NCBI RefSeq assembly: GCF_002113885.1
Contig: NW_018407435.1
Span: 2,147,402-2,211,401, forward strand
Length of the DNA stretch: 64,000 bases
Source of the DNA: Mizuhopecten yessoensis
Lineage: Eukaryota
Direction: 5' to 3'
Shown: positions 13,130-24,050 of the stretch, piece after piece
Position numbering within the stretch: position 1 is the stretch's first letter
How the letters are laid out: the number at the start of each line of letters is the position of its first letter
Program-made: the position numbers and the translations under genes
Notes under the pieces: model-generated
Databases searched by the model: none
The model's input: the letters and a program-made list of their open reading frames with translations, nothing else
What the model was told of the DNA's origin: nothing

Positions 13130-13710
13130 TGGTTTGTGAGTCATTGTCCAAACTGTTCACGTTTACTCCTCTATAGTTTTTGAGTCACTGTAAAATCTGT
13201 TCACGTTTACTCCTCTATAGTTTGTGAGTCACTGTAAAATCTGTTCACGTTAACTCCTCTATAGTTTTTGATTCACTGTAAAATCTGTTCACGTTTCCTC
13301 CTCTATAGTTTTTGAGTCACCGTAATATCTGTTCCCGTTTACCCCTCTATAGTTTTTGGGTCACTGTAAAATCTGTTCACGTTATCTCCTCTATAGTTTT
13401 TGAGTCACGGTAAAATCTGTTCACGTTTACTCCTCTATAGTTTTTGAGTCACCGTAATATCTGTTCACGTTTACCCCTCTATAGTTTTTGAGTCACTGTA
13501 AAATCTGTTCACGTTAACTCCTCTATAGTTTTTGAGTCACTGTAAAATCTGTTCACGTTTACTCCTCTATAGTTTTTGAGTCGTTGTCAAACCTGTTCGA
13601 GTTTACTCCTCTATAGTTTGTGAGTCTTACTCTTTGAGTTGACTCATTTATAGTTTTTGAGTAATTATTCAAACTGTTTGAGTGGATTCATGTATGACTT
13701 GTGAGGCATT
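13130..13710 (-). repeat. 44-bp minisatellite (about 13 units) just 3' of the stop codon of SLC16 paralogue A
   Basis: Unit tttgagtcactgtaaaatctgttcacgtttactcctctatagtt; its reverse complement matches the 40424-42995 unit at 35 of 44 positions. Confidence 0.95.
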
Positions 13711-13743
13711 GTTGAACTGACAGCTTCATGGCTCTATCATAAT

Positions 13744-16700
13744 TTATCCATTTATACTTGTTGATGTCTTCATATCTGGTCGTGCCATTATCGTATCTTG
13801 TGATATTTCCGAAGACCCTCGTCTTGTTCGGAATAATTCACTGGCCATTGCAAACAATGCTCCAACCAACATGATGAAACCTACGACAACAAAAATATAT
13901 TTATAAATGAAACTCTAACTGAACACGCTAGGTTAAACTTACTGGAATACGCTTGTTTAAACTAACTGGTACACACTTGGTTAAACTTACTGGTACACAC
14001 TTGGTTAAAACTTACTGGTACACACGTGGTTAAACTTACTGGTACACACTTGGTTAAACTTACTGGTGCACACTTGTTTAAACCTACTGGTACACACTTG
14101 GTTAAACTTATTAGTACACACTTGGTTCCACTTACTGGTACACACTTGGTTACACTTACTGGTACACACTTGGTTACACTTACTGGTACACACTTGGTTA
14201 CACTTACTGGTATACACTTGGTTACACTTACTAGTACACACTTAGTTACACTTACTGGTACACACTGGGTTACACTTACTGGTACACACTTGGTTACACT
14301 TACTGGTATACACTTGGTTACACTTACTGGTACACACTTGGTTAAACTTACTGGTGCACACTTGTTTAAACCTACTGGTACACACTTGGTTACACTTACA
14401 GGTATACACTTGGTTAAACTTACTAGTATACACTTGCTTAAACTTACTGGTATACACTTGCTTAAACTTAATGGTATGCACTTGGTTACACTTACTGGTA
14501 TACGCTTGGTTACACTTACTGGTACACACTTGGTTAAACTTACTGGTACACGCTTGGTAAAACTTACTGGTACACGCTTGGTAATACTTACTGATACACG
14601 CTTGGTTACACTTACTGGTATACACTTGGTTAAACTTACTAGTATACACTTGCTTAAACTTACTGGTACACACTTGGTTACACTTACTGGTACACACTTG
14701 GTTAAACTTACTGGTATACACTTGCTTAAACTTACTGGTACACACTTGGTTAAACTTACTGGTACACACTTGGTTACACTTACTGGTATACACTTGGTAA
14801 TACTTACTGATACACGCTTGGTTACACTTACTGGTATACACTTGGTTAAACTTACTAGTATACACTTGCTTAAACTTACTGGTATACACTTGGTTACACT
14901 TACTGGTACACACTTGGTTACACTTACTGGTATACACTTGGTTAAACTTACTGGAACACACTTGGTTACATTTACTGGTACACACTTGGTTAAACTTACT
15001 GGTACACACTTGGTTACACTTGGTTACACTTACTGGTATACACTTGGTTAAACTTACTGGTACACACTTGGTTAAACTTACTGGTACACGTTTGGTAATA
15101 CTTACTGATACACGCTTGGTCAAACTTACTGGTATCGTGACTAAGTATCTACGACAATGCGTCCTGTACATTGTAATACACGTAGGCGAACTTCCTCTCT
15201 TTTAAATAGCAGATTTGATTCCTTTAATCATAGAACGCAATGTTTGTACACGCGGCATTTGCTGATCGACTTTCCCTTTACATAATCAGGTTATTTTTAT
15301 GCATAACTCGCTAAGAAACATTCAAACACGGTAAGGATTTCATTAAAAACTATATCTTTTCGATATACACAAATCGTTAAGGTTAAATAAGGTAATTGTT
15401 GACACAACTTCTACTTAAAGCATTTTGGTACATATACACACATACGAGTATTTTGTTCACTATATATTTTTTACAGTAAAGTACAATACCTGTGATAACG
15501 AAACATTGGTCATACGTCCCACCACTGTCGATAAGCAGTCCTATCATATAGAAAACAATGAAAACATAAATTATTGAAGACATAAAAGATTATTCTTACG
15601 TTGCTAAAAATGAATTCCTCTGTTCTGGGTGAGAAAAACAATTAATTGTTCTCTCCTGCGTTTACAAATTTTCTTTTTACACTATCTGCATAATTAGCCG
15701 ATTGCGAAATTTAATGAAAAATACTTTCTGGAATATCAGAAGACATGGCGAAGATTAAATGTTTAGAAAAAGGCTAATAATGCAATCCAAAATCGCGCAA
15801 AACTCCTTTACATATAGCTTCGTTCTAAGTTTTAAATAACATTAATATAGGTGGAGATAGAGACGAAAATCATTGCTGCTATAATAGTTTCAAAACGAGA
15901 ACATTGATTTGGTGCGTACTTATGCTCTTTTAGACAAAGTTTATGGATTTTGATTAAAACTATATCTTGATCTACACTCCGTTTCGTAAACTTTAAAGTT
16001 TAACGAACGGAGCGTAAATGAAGATATGGTTTTAATCAGATTGGGAATTTGTTTATCTGCATAAATGGTCAACGTTTTATGTTAGAGATCAGCCTAACAC
16101 TGCAAAGTATGCATGAGAGGGGCAGATCGTGGCCAAGTTTCGATACTCGTGGGGTTACGCTCACTTTCGCTCTCTGTACCCCTGATATAGTTGAGACACG
16201 AGATTAGCTATTTAATTGGTTTCAGGTAAAACAACAGACTGGTCAATCGCTGGGCTGAGCCCTGTCCGTTGAAGAAAAAGGCAATACCCGTATTTAAAGC
16301 CAGTCAATTTTACCATTACGCGACCTACAGATTCTTTAGATGTTCATCCAAGGGACAATTAAGTCTTTTCGTCTCATCCACTAGGTGATGCACACTGAGC
16401 CTTCGAATTTGCTATGACATAGTCCAAGGGAGCAAAGCAAAGACAAGCGTAACCCCTGGAGTATCGAGGATGATCGTGGTCAGGACGGATAGACATAATT
16501 GTATTGTACATTCTTTTTCATTATCTTCTTAAAGTGTAGGACCAGAACCAATTCTTATCAACATGTTTTCTGCCATTTGTGACCAATTGAACAAAAACTT
16601 ATTTATAACAACACCGTGAACAAATTTGATTATGAAATTAAACATTTTAAAATGGTTGATCGCAGCTATAAACACACTGACCTGCACATGGAGGGCCAGA

Positions 16701-19079
16701 TAATATACCAAGACCTACGGAGAACATCTCGATGCTCACCGCCGTAGCCAGATGTCGCAGCCCAACCAGTCGTAAACTCAGTCCATTCAACAACGGGAAG
16801 CAACTCCCACTGTATAAACCCAAAAATAATGCATACAGGACTTGTCCCTCGTAACAGTGTCCGTAGAGGGGGAAACACATAGTTGATATACCCATCACTG
16901 AGACTGTTCCGAACAGCATCAGTGCGACGTCCACCTCGTTCCCACTTGTTGCCAGACCTGTGAGAATTCTCGCCGCCATTGAACATATACCAGAAATAGA
17001 GATAAGGAACGCGCCTTGGAGGGGCGCAGCACCTGTCAGGACTGCATAGTTCGGCAAATTCAAAAACATTATATATATTCCAAACTGAGCAAAGAAAAGA
17101 CTAAAGCATAACATGACCAATGGAGTATTTCTGAAGATATTGGTTATTGGAGTTACGGATGATTTTGATTTGCATATGCTATTTCTTGATTGATGTCCTT
17201 TATTAAAACAAGCTGGTATGTTACTTGCACTTTGTGGTGATTCTTTCGTCATAGTCCAATCAGAACAGATTGCCACGTCTTCATCGTCTACAATTGTTGT
17301 CCTTATAAGATCAGAATGTATGTCGTCATCCGTATCCAGAATTTCAGTAGCTGTTTTCATCTTCTCTATTTGTGATGGGAAGTATAATGTTCCAAATATG
17401 CAAAGGTGTGCAGAAATTCCAGCCATGATGAAGAAGAAACCCTTGTTTCCGAATATTTCCCTCATTTCCTGAATGACCGGCGAGAGTCCAAGCACTCCCA
17501 TGCCTATTCCAGACAGGGCTACTCCACTCGCCAGGTTGAGCTTCTCCTCAAAGTTGAACCCAATCACGATAATGGACGTTGTGTACGTCAAACCTGCTCC
17601 AATTCCTGCAAAGTAAACAGATATATGATTAACGTTTCTGTTTTGTATGATGATCGACATAGTTTTGTATTACCGTATGCTGTGCAACACTTCGGTCTTA
17701 TATTTATTGTTATGTGGACAAGTTTTCATACATCATTATTACATTAAATGGATCGAAGTATTACTGTGTCTTCCAGGTTAAATAATGAATAATCATAAGG
17801 TTTTTTCATGTACCCTTTTCTTGTTTTATGAAATTCAACAAGTCGTTACATGATTCCGATAAGATGCGGCCAAATCTTTAAGAACACACTCTGTTTCCAA
17901 TGAAAAATAAATCAAAAGCATCAAAACCGGATGTTCTATAGGGCCTTGTTCATATGATATTTCACTTTGACCTGGATGTTTTATTGTGATGTTATGTAAT
18001 CATAGGATACCAGTCATACCCACTATTCCTCCGTAAACCAGTATCACTAAGTCTAGAGAGTCCAGAAAGGCACAGCAAACGAACCCCGCGGTCATTACCA
18101 ATGAGCCTGCTATGGTTGCTACTCGGCAACTGTACTTCTTGAGGACAAGGCCAGCAAACACACCTGTAAACAGTCGACAAAGTCAATCAGCTGGAACCGT
18201 GTGTATTACAGTCAGGAGATGCTGATTAAATTATGCGATGTTAGCGTCATCAGTTAAGATGTCTTACATGGTACAACAAACACGCTGGTATCCCTGGTGG
18301 TCCCTACCGGTCCGTTGTTTACATAATGTCTTTCCAATTACTTTTGTGTTTCCTCAGTTCTTTTCGTATTGACTATGATTTTTATTTGTCTTTTTATTTG
18401 TGTGTTTCTCTGGTATATTTTGTTATTGTGTATTGACGCTGTGGTATGTTATGTCTTGGTTTAATGAAGCTGTGGTATATCTTTGTTCTCGTGTATTGGC
18501 ATTGTGGTATTTTTTTGTCCATGAATGTTGGCATTGTGATATTTTTTAATCTGATTTGTTGGCACGGTCGAATATTTCATCTTGGCGTGTTGCCGCTGTG
18601 GTATATTTTGCTCTGTGTTTTGATGCTGAGGTCAAATTTGTCGATGGTGTGATTTATTTTGTTCTGTGTGTTCATCCTACGCTATGTTTTATAGTTGTGT
18701 GTTGACTGTGTTGTTTGTTTGTTTCATTTAGTTGACTTATACAGGAAATTTAAATACAAAAATATGTGCAAATATTACTGTGTTGTTTTCTTGTTTATAT
18801 GATAATGCTGTACCTGGTATATTGCAGCTTTTATATCATAGTGCATACTACTTTACATTTACATATACTAGTAAACTCTCACTGACCTCCACATGACTGT
18901 GTCGCCGCAAACAAAGAGCCAGCCAGTGACGTGCGCATGTTGTCCTCATTGAAGTTCTCAAGGAGGGCGAGGTGAACGACCCCAATTCCCTGTCCTAGAC
19001 AACCATTAACAACCATAGCTCCAAACGAGGCTCCCAGCACCGCCCAAGCCCAGCCTCGATCTGGTTTCGTTAACTTCAT
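13744..19079 (-). CDS. Monocarboxylate transporter (SLC16/MCT family, MFS), paralogue A, intact, 482 aa; exons 18887-19079, 18020-18163, 16682-17605, 15490-15540, 13744-13880
   Basis: PDRGWAWAV N-terminal SLC16 motif, GLVLKKYSCRV, F..K..LASGVALSG.G, ARILTG, GPP.AG.L.D..G.Y; all introns GT-AG and phase 1; exon sum 1449 nt with no internal stop. Confidence 0.92.
13920..15135. repeat. 24-bp minisatellite (about 50 units) in intron 4 of paralogue A
   Basis: Unit tggtacacacttggtta(a/c)acttac; absent from intron 4 of B and C. Confidence 0.97.
15950..16040. repeat. ~90-bp imperfect palindrome (MITE-like hairpin)
   Basis: tgattaaaactatatcttgatctacactccgtttcgtaaac / gtttaacgaacggagcgtaaatgaagatatggttttaatca around a central tttaaa. 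Confidence 0.7.
16135..16472. mobile_element. ~330-bp MITE, copy 1 of 3
   Basis: TIR ttcgatactcgtggggttacgct ... agcgtaacccctggagtatcgag; internal sequence shared with the copies at 23655 and 35038. Confidence 0.75.
18400..18710 (-). repeat. Degenerate ~30-bp minisatellite in intron 1 of paralogue A
   Basis: Recurrent gtgt(g/a)ttga..ctgtggtatat.tt motifs matching the reverse complement of the 30-mer in intron 1 of C. Confidence 0.7.
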
Positions 19080-19939
19080 CCTACAATGTCTTCAATGTAA
19101 ACAATACATTTGATACTAATAAATCACTCAGCTTCCTATACACGCTCTCATGTTACGATTATAGCATAAATTAGTATCGTTAAAATGTTCTCTTTATATG
19201 TAAACATAAAAAGCTCAGTAATTTATCTACTACTGTCAAAGCCTGGAATTGCTTTCTGTTATGCGAACCTCAGAGAGATTTCCACGAATTTATATTTTTC
19301 ACAAAGGTCAAGTTTAGTGCAAAAACAGTCTAAAGTAAATTTGAAAGTTCAACAGGCTTCCTAAAAGATGGTTGAATTACCAAAATCACAATATACTAAT
19401 AAGTTACTTATATGGATCATTTGAAATCAGATATGCATTATGTAATTTGGATATTTAATATTTCCAATGGTACATAGCGACGTAACGTATTCTGTATTTA
19501 GGTATTCAGGCCGATTTATGCATAAAGGTAGTTTACCAGTAATATATGTTACCTGGGTATTTGGCTGTGATTTCTGTGGTTTCACATAGTCACGGCCTTA
19601 TTGGTCTGAAAGTGATATCCCTCTCCACAGATAGTAACGGAAATTAAACCCATGCATAACTTAAGTATAAATATGCACATAAGGTAACACGTCAGTTCAC
19701 AGCATTCATTTTGATATGATCTGATGTAATTTGAGTATAAACATGTAAAACCAAGTGTCTTTTGACGAGGATGATGAATAAATTAGCATTACTGAAACGA
19801 ATATGAAACGCAAGTTCTAAAATTGCTATGTATTTTTGTATCAAATTATACATAGCTGTATAACAATCGGGGTAATACAGTGCACTCTGAGCCAATAAGG
19901 AAAGTCACCGTGTTCTGATAGTAAAGACTTTATGTAACA

Positions 19940-21120
19940 CAACGCAAAATATACACATGGCACAACAAAATATGGCGTCAGGCCGGAAGAGAGAGTGCTC
20001 AGCATGGGACCGCTTATCAGTCAGTGACAAGGCCGCTTAATATAAGAGAAAGAAAATAAAGTACATGCGCTGCCTATAACCCAAACCAATGTTCAGAATC
20101 AGCCAGATATGACGTGAAACCTATGTAAACCAGTATCAATTGATCACTAGCACGAGACACTATCAGTTAATAGAGGACGTGCTATAGCGATGCTTACGTA
20201 AATACAGATTGCTCGGCACTTCAGAGTTCATAAATCGACTGTAAGTCAATGACTTTTACGTCTGAGCGCACAGAAAGGGTCAATGACGGGCCGTAATCAG
20301 GACGTCAACGCGTAACGTCGCGACATCAAGACCGAATTTAATAAGGTTGGTACACCTGCGTAACAGGAGATTAAAAACTGCTGAAACGGCAGAAAATACG
20401 ATCAGTAATAGTAACTATCAGATTAATCCCCAAACAGTTATACACAGAATTCGTGAGACTAGTTTGCTTGCACGGCGAGGGTAACTAATACTGTAACGTC
20501 GAGCATGTCGTATGCAATGGTTACCGGCACATATACCCATACGTTCTCCTATGAAACTTTGGAGGTCGATGCTCTTTACAAATGAATCTCAATACGCTTT
20601 ATTTTCAGCAGATGGCCATCAACGTGTGTACCGGCGTAGAGGAGAATGTTTTGCTGACGCATGGTTTTTTATTTTGGGTGGGGGTTGGGCTTTTGTTAGG
20701 CAGCATAATCTAACCTTGCAGCAAGATAACGCCAAATCACACGTTGCAAGAGTCTGTAGGGACTTTCTTGCGACACAGAACTTCGTTCCTATAGATAGGC
20801 CTACATACTGACAGAATAGTCTCCAATCGAGCATTTGTAGGATGAAGTAGACAGAAGAGTTTGGAATCGCCGTAAGCCCCAAATACCCCAGTTAGGCAAC
20901 GCACTCGTCCAAATATAGAATGATATTCCAATACGGAAAGTGAATGTCTTCCTGAAGTCGATGTAACCAAGAATTAGAGGTGCTATACCTGTTCGAGGAG
21001 GACACACAGGTTTCAAAACTGCTGCCATTTTAACATTTCACTTGGGGTACTACCAATCATGACCTTTTTTGTTAAAAATCACCAAAAATGTATAGTAGGT
21101 TACATCAGTATTCTGTGTTG
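19940..21120 (+). mobile_element. Degenerate, internally deleted Tc1/mariner transposon
   Basis: GRAIAML (~20175), MLFTNES, RVYRRRGE, LQQDNAKSHVAR and PIEHL remnants with stops and frameshifts; TIRs not confidently resolved. Confidence 0.8.
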
Positions 21121-21743
21121 TTTTATGTATGCATAAACATTTGTATGTATATTGACGTATGTAAGTATAGAAGACCTACAGTATACCTTACATGTAACAT
21201 GCCCTGAGGCAGGACCCAGACCAGGTGAGTATAAGCTCATGTAAATGTGAATGTATTGTAATGTGCTGTGCCGGTTCTGTCCAGTTTTTGGTCATGTGCA
21301 TGTGTTTAAAACCCGTTTGTCTATTTATATAGATACTTCTTTTGGTCAGTTTGTAGGTGTGTCTATATTATATAATTGCATTGGTCCTGGGGGCGGGGTG
21401 TCACAGCTAGAAATATAGCCAGGGTATTTGCCGCCCAAAGTCAGTAAAAAGAAAGATTTTGAGGAGAGTTGATACTATAGAAGTCACAATACGGAACAAA
21501 GAATTGATCAGCTTTAGTGCTGGAGGGAAACCGTTCAAATTATAAGTCCTAAACTCAAGTTGATAATACCTCCATTACAAAAATGGGGATATCAATGGCA
21601 GCCTGACTATCCTTTATGTTTGGTCAGTCTCTGTCAATTGGATCGGTAATAAAAAAAGAAAGAACCCTAAGACACGTTTTTGTTTTACATGAAAATTAGT
21701 CTGCTACATATAACTACCAGGTTTCAGACAAAAACGTTTCTGT

Positions 21744-22206
21744 TTGATCCCTGGTCGTATATCTCCACAGTTCCTGGTATGGACTTGATCCGTGGTCGTA
21801 TATCTCCACAGTTTCTGGTATGGACTCGATCCCTGGTCGTATATCTCCACAGTTCGTTCCTGGTATGGACTTGATCCCTGGTCGTATATCTCCACAGTTC
21901 CTGGGATTGACTTGATCCCTGATCGTATATCTCCACAGTTCCTGGTATGGACTTGATCCCTGGTCGTATATCTCCACAGTTCCTGGTATGGACTTGATCC
22001 CTGGGCGTATATCTCCACAGTTCCTGGTATGGACTTGATCCGTGGTCGTATATCTCCACAGTTTCTGGTATGGACTCGATCCCTGGTCGTATATCTCCAC
22101 AGTTCGTTCCTGGTATGGACTTGATCCCTGGTCGTATATCTCCACAGTTCCTGGTAGGGACTTGATCCCTGGTCGTATATCTCCACAGTTCCTGGTATGG
22201 ACTTGA
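21744..22206. repeat. 41-bp minisatellite, about 11 units
   Basis: Unit ttgatccctggtcgtatatctccacagttcctggtatggac; gatcc at 21746 and 21787. Confidence 0.97.
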
Positions 22207-22769
22207 ACGCTACAACCTATCCTTTTCCTTATACTTTTGAATATTATCTTCGTTCACACAATTAAAGATCTATTTGTAATAATGACTTGGTTATTTATTA
22301 TCCTTGACACGAAACGTGTGAACGTTTGATCACGGCTCGGTCACACGTTGTTGTTGGCAATGCCTAAATACGTAATGAACAATTCAGTCGGATCCAAGGG
22401 TGTGTCACCAGCGCACGTGGCACCTTCTCTCCTTGACTTAAAAAAGATAATAGTATATACATGAATATAAGTATCTGCATCTATCGTGTGACTCCCCTCA
22501 AGCTCCGTTTGTCGTGTGTACTGTAACCTTTTATGTGCCCATCAATATTCCATGTTTTAAGTTATTCCTATCGTAAAAAACTTATCTGAATTAAATACAT
22601 TTTAATTTATTGACTGGTTAATTGATAATTACACTGCCCAAGACCCCACCTCCGACAGTTTTCAACTCGATGTTCAATAGTTGACACTAATTAAAATCAC
22701 ACCCAGCATGAATTAAATGGGTCAGCGATCCATGATAGAGACGTTTGTATTATGTTTAAGTGGTATGTC

Positions 22770-24050
22770 ATTACAATGACGGAAGCAGTCTATCTTACTA
22801 GTCAAACACTCAGCTTTATTCAAACGAAAAGGATTGTTGCAACAATACAAGAAAAATATTCAGTGTAACTATGTTGTACATACTGTGTTCACGGCCATTA
22901 TATTGTTGAACTTTGTGTAAAATGCGGTTACATTACCTGAGCAACTTAGAATTAAGTTATCGTATTTTCTAGTGCGTATAGTTAAAATAAGAGCATAAAA
23001 TAGAATTACTGGTGCATGTATATGTGCTTGTAAATACACATTTAAACGTGTTTCTTTGAGGGATAGGTACATATAAAATATTCCAATAACATAAACATGT
23101 TCGATGAGAACAAGGTGATACAGCTTCACTAGCTGTATAACGTGTATGAATTGGACAAGTTTACCTACCCTATCACGATCCGCTCTTTTTCTGTGAAGCA
23201 TACATATGTTCCTTTCAGCACCCAACGTTCAAAGGACACAGACAACGACCCTTGACCTCAAATTCATGGATATATTGCTTTCGACTTTTCTCTACCCGCT
23301 GCATGTATCCAACACTGAGGTTTGTTTGAGATCGCTGCAACACAGATGTCACAAATAATAAATATCGACTGAAGCGGATAGAATAACCTTGGCCTGTACA
23401 CATTAATTTGTATACGAAACTGCGTAGATGGACGGTATTCATGCGATAAATGGGCTCGTCACGGCTGGGTAGTTATGATAAACACGTTAATATAGCGAAA
23501 CATACCGATTCACAAGTACGATATCTGACTTATCACATGGTCTAATTCACAATGGCGAAAAAAAAGAGGCGGTGTAACGGTAAAAATATACTCCTGAGTA
23601 AAATAGACATGGAGTCAGTTTTTTTAAGCTTTGAAATGAAACCGACGAGCTGAAATCTTCCGATACTCCAGAGGTTACACTCATTCACGCCCTCTACACC
23701 CCTGGAATATGTCATGACACGTGGCTAGCTATTTGTTAGGTTTAAGGTAAAACAAACTGCCAAGTCACTAGGCTGAACACGTTACGTTGCAGCATGTTTT
23801 GTTTATGTTTATGTACATCAAAAGATCAAACTTGTCTTACTGTATCATCCACAAGAGGGCGCACGCTGAGCCTTCGATTTTGTAATGACATATAGACCTG
23901 ATCGAGGTGCAACGAGCGTAATTGAGCGTATTCCCTGGAGTAATGAAGATAGGGAGCAGTGAAAAATTATCTCGTTCAAAAATTGGTCCCCGTAAGAGAT
24001 TACTTTTGCACGTGTAACCTGTCGAAATGTTTTATATGAAAACTGACCCC
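22770..24050. repeat. ~1.25-kb block duplicated in direct orientation at 34200-35430
   Basis: Collinear matches, e.g. cttactagtcaa, atccgctctttttctgtgaagcatacatatgttcctttcagca, cacaagtacgatatctgactta, tacttttgcacgtg. Confidence 0.85.
23655..23951. mobile_element. MITE, copy 2 of 3
   Basis: atcttccgatactccagaggttacact ... agcgtattccctggagtaatgaagat. Confidence 0.75.

Noticed and set aside
16647-17660. Stand-alone 337-aa transporter ORF (also 52510-53388 and 35386-35769)
   Set aside because: These are exon 3 of spliced genes read into introns, or a pseudogene fragment fused to unrelated DNA
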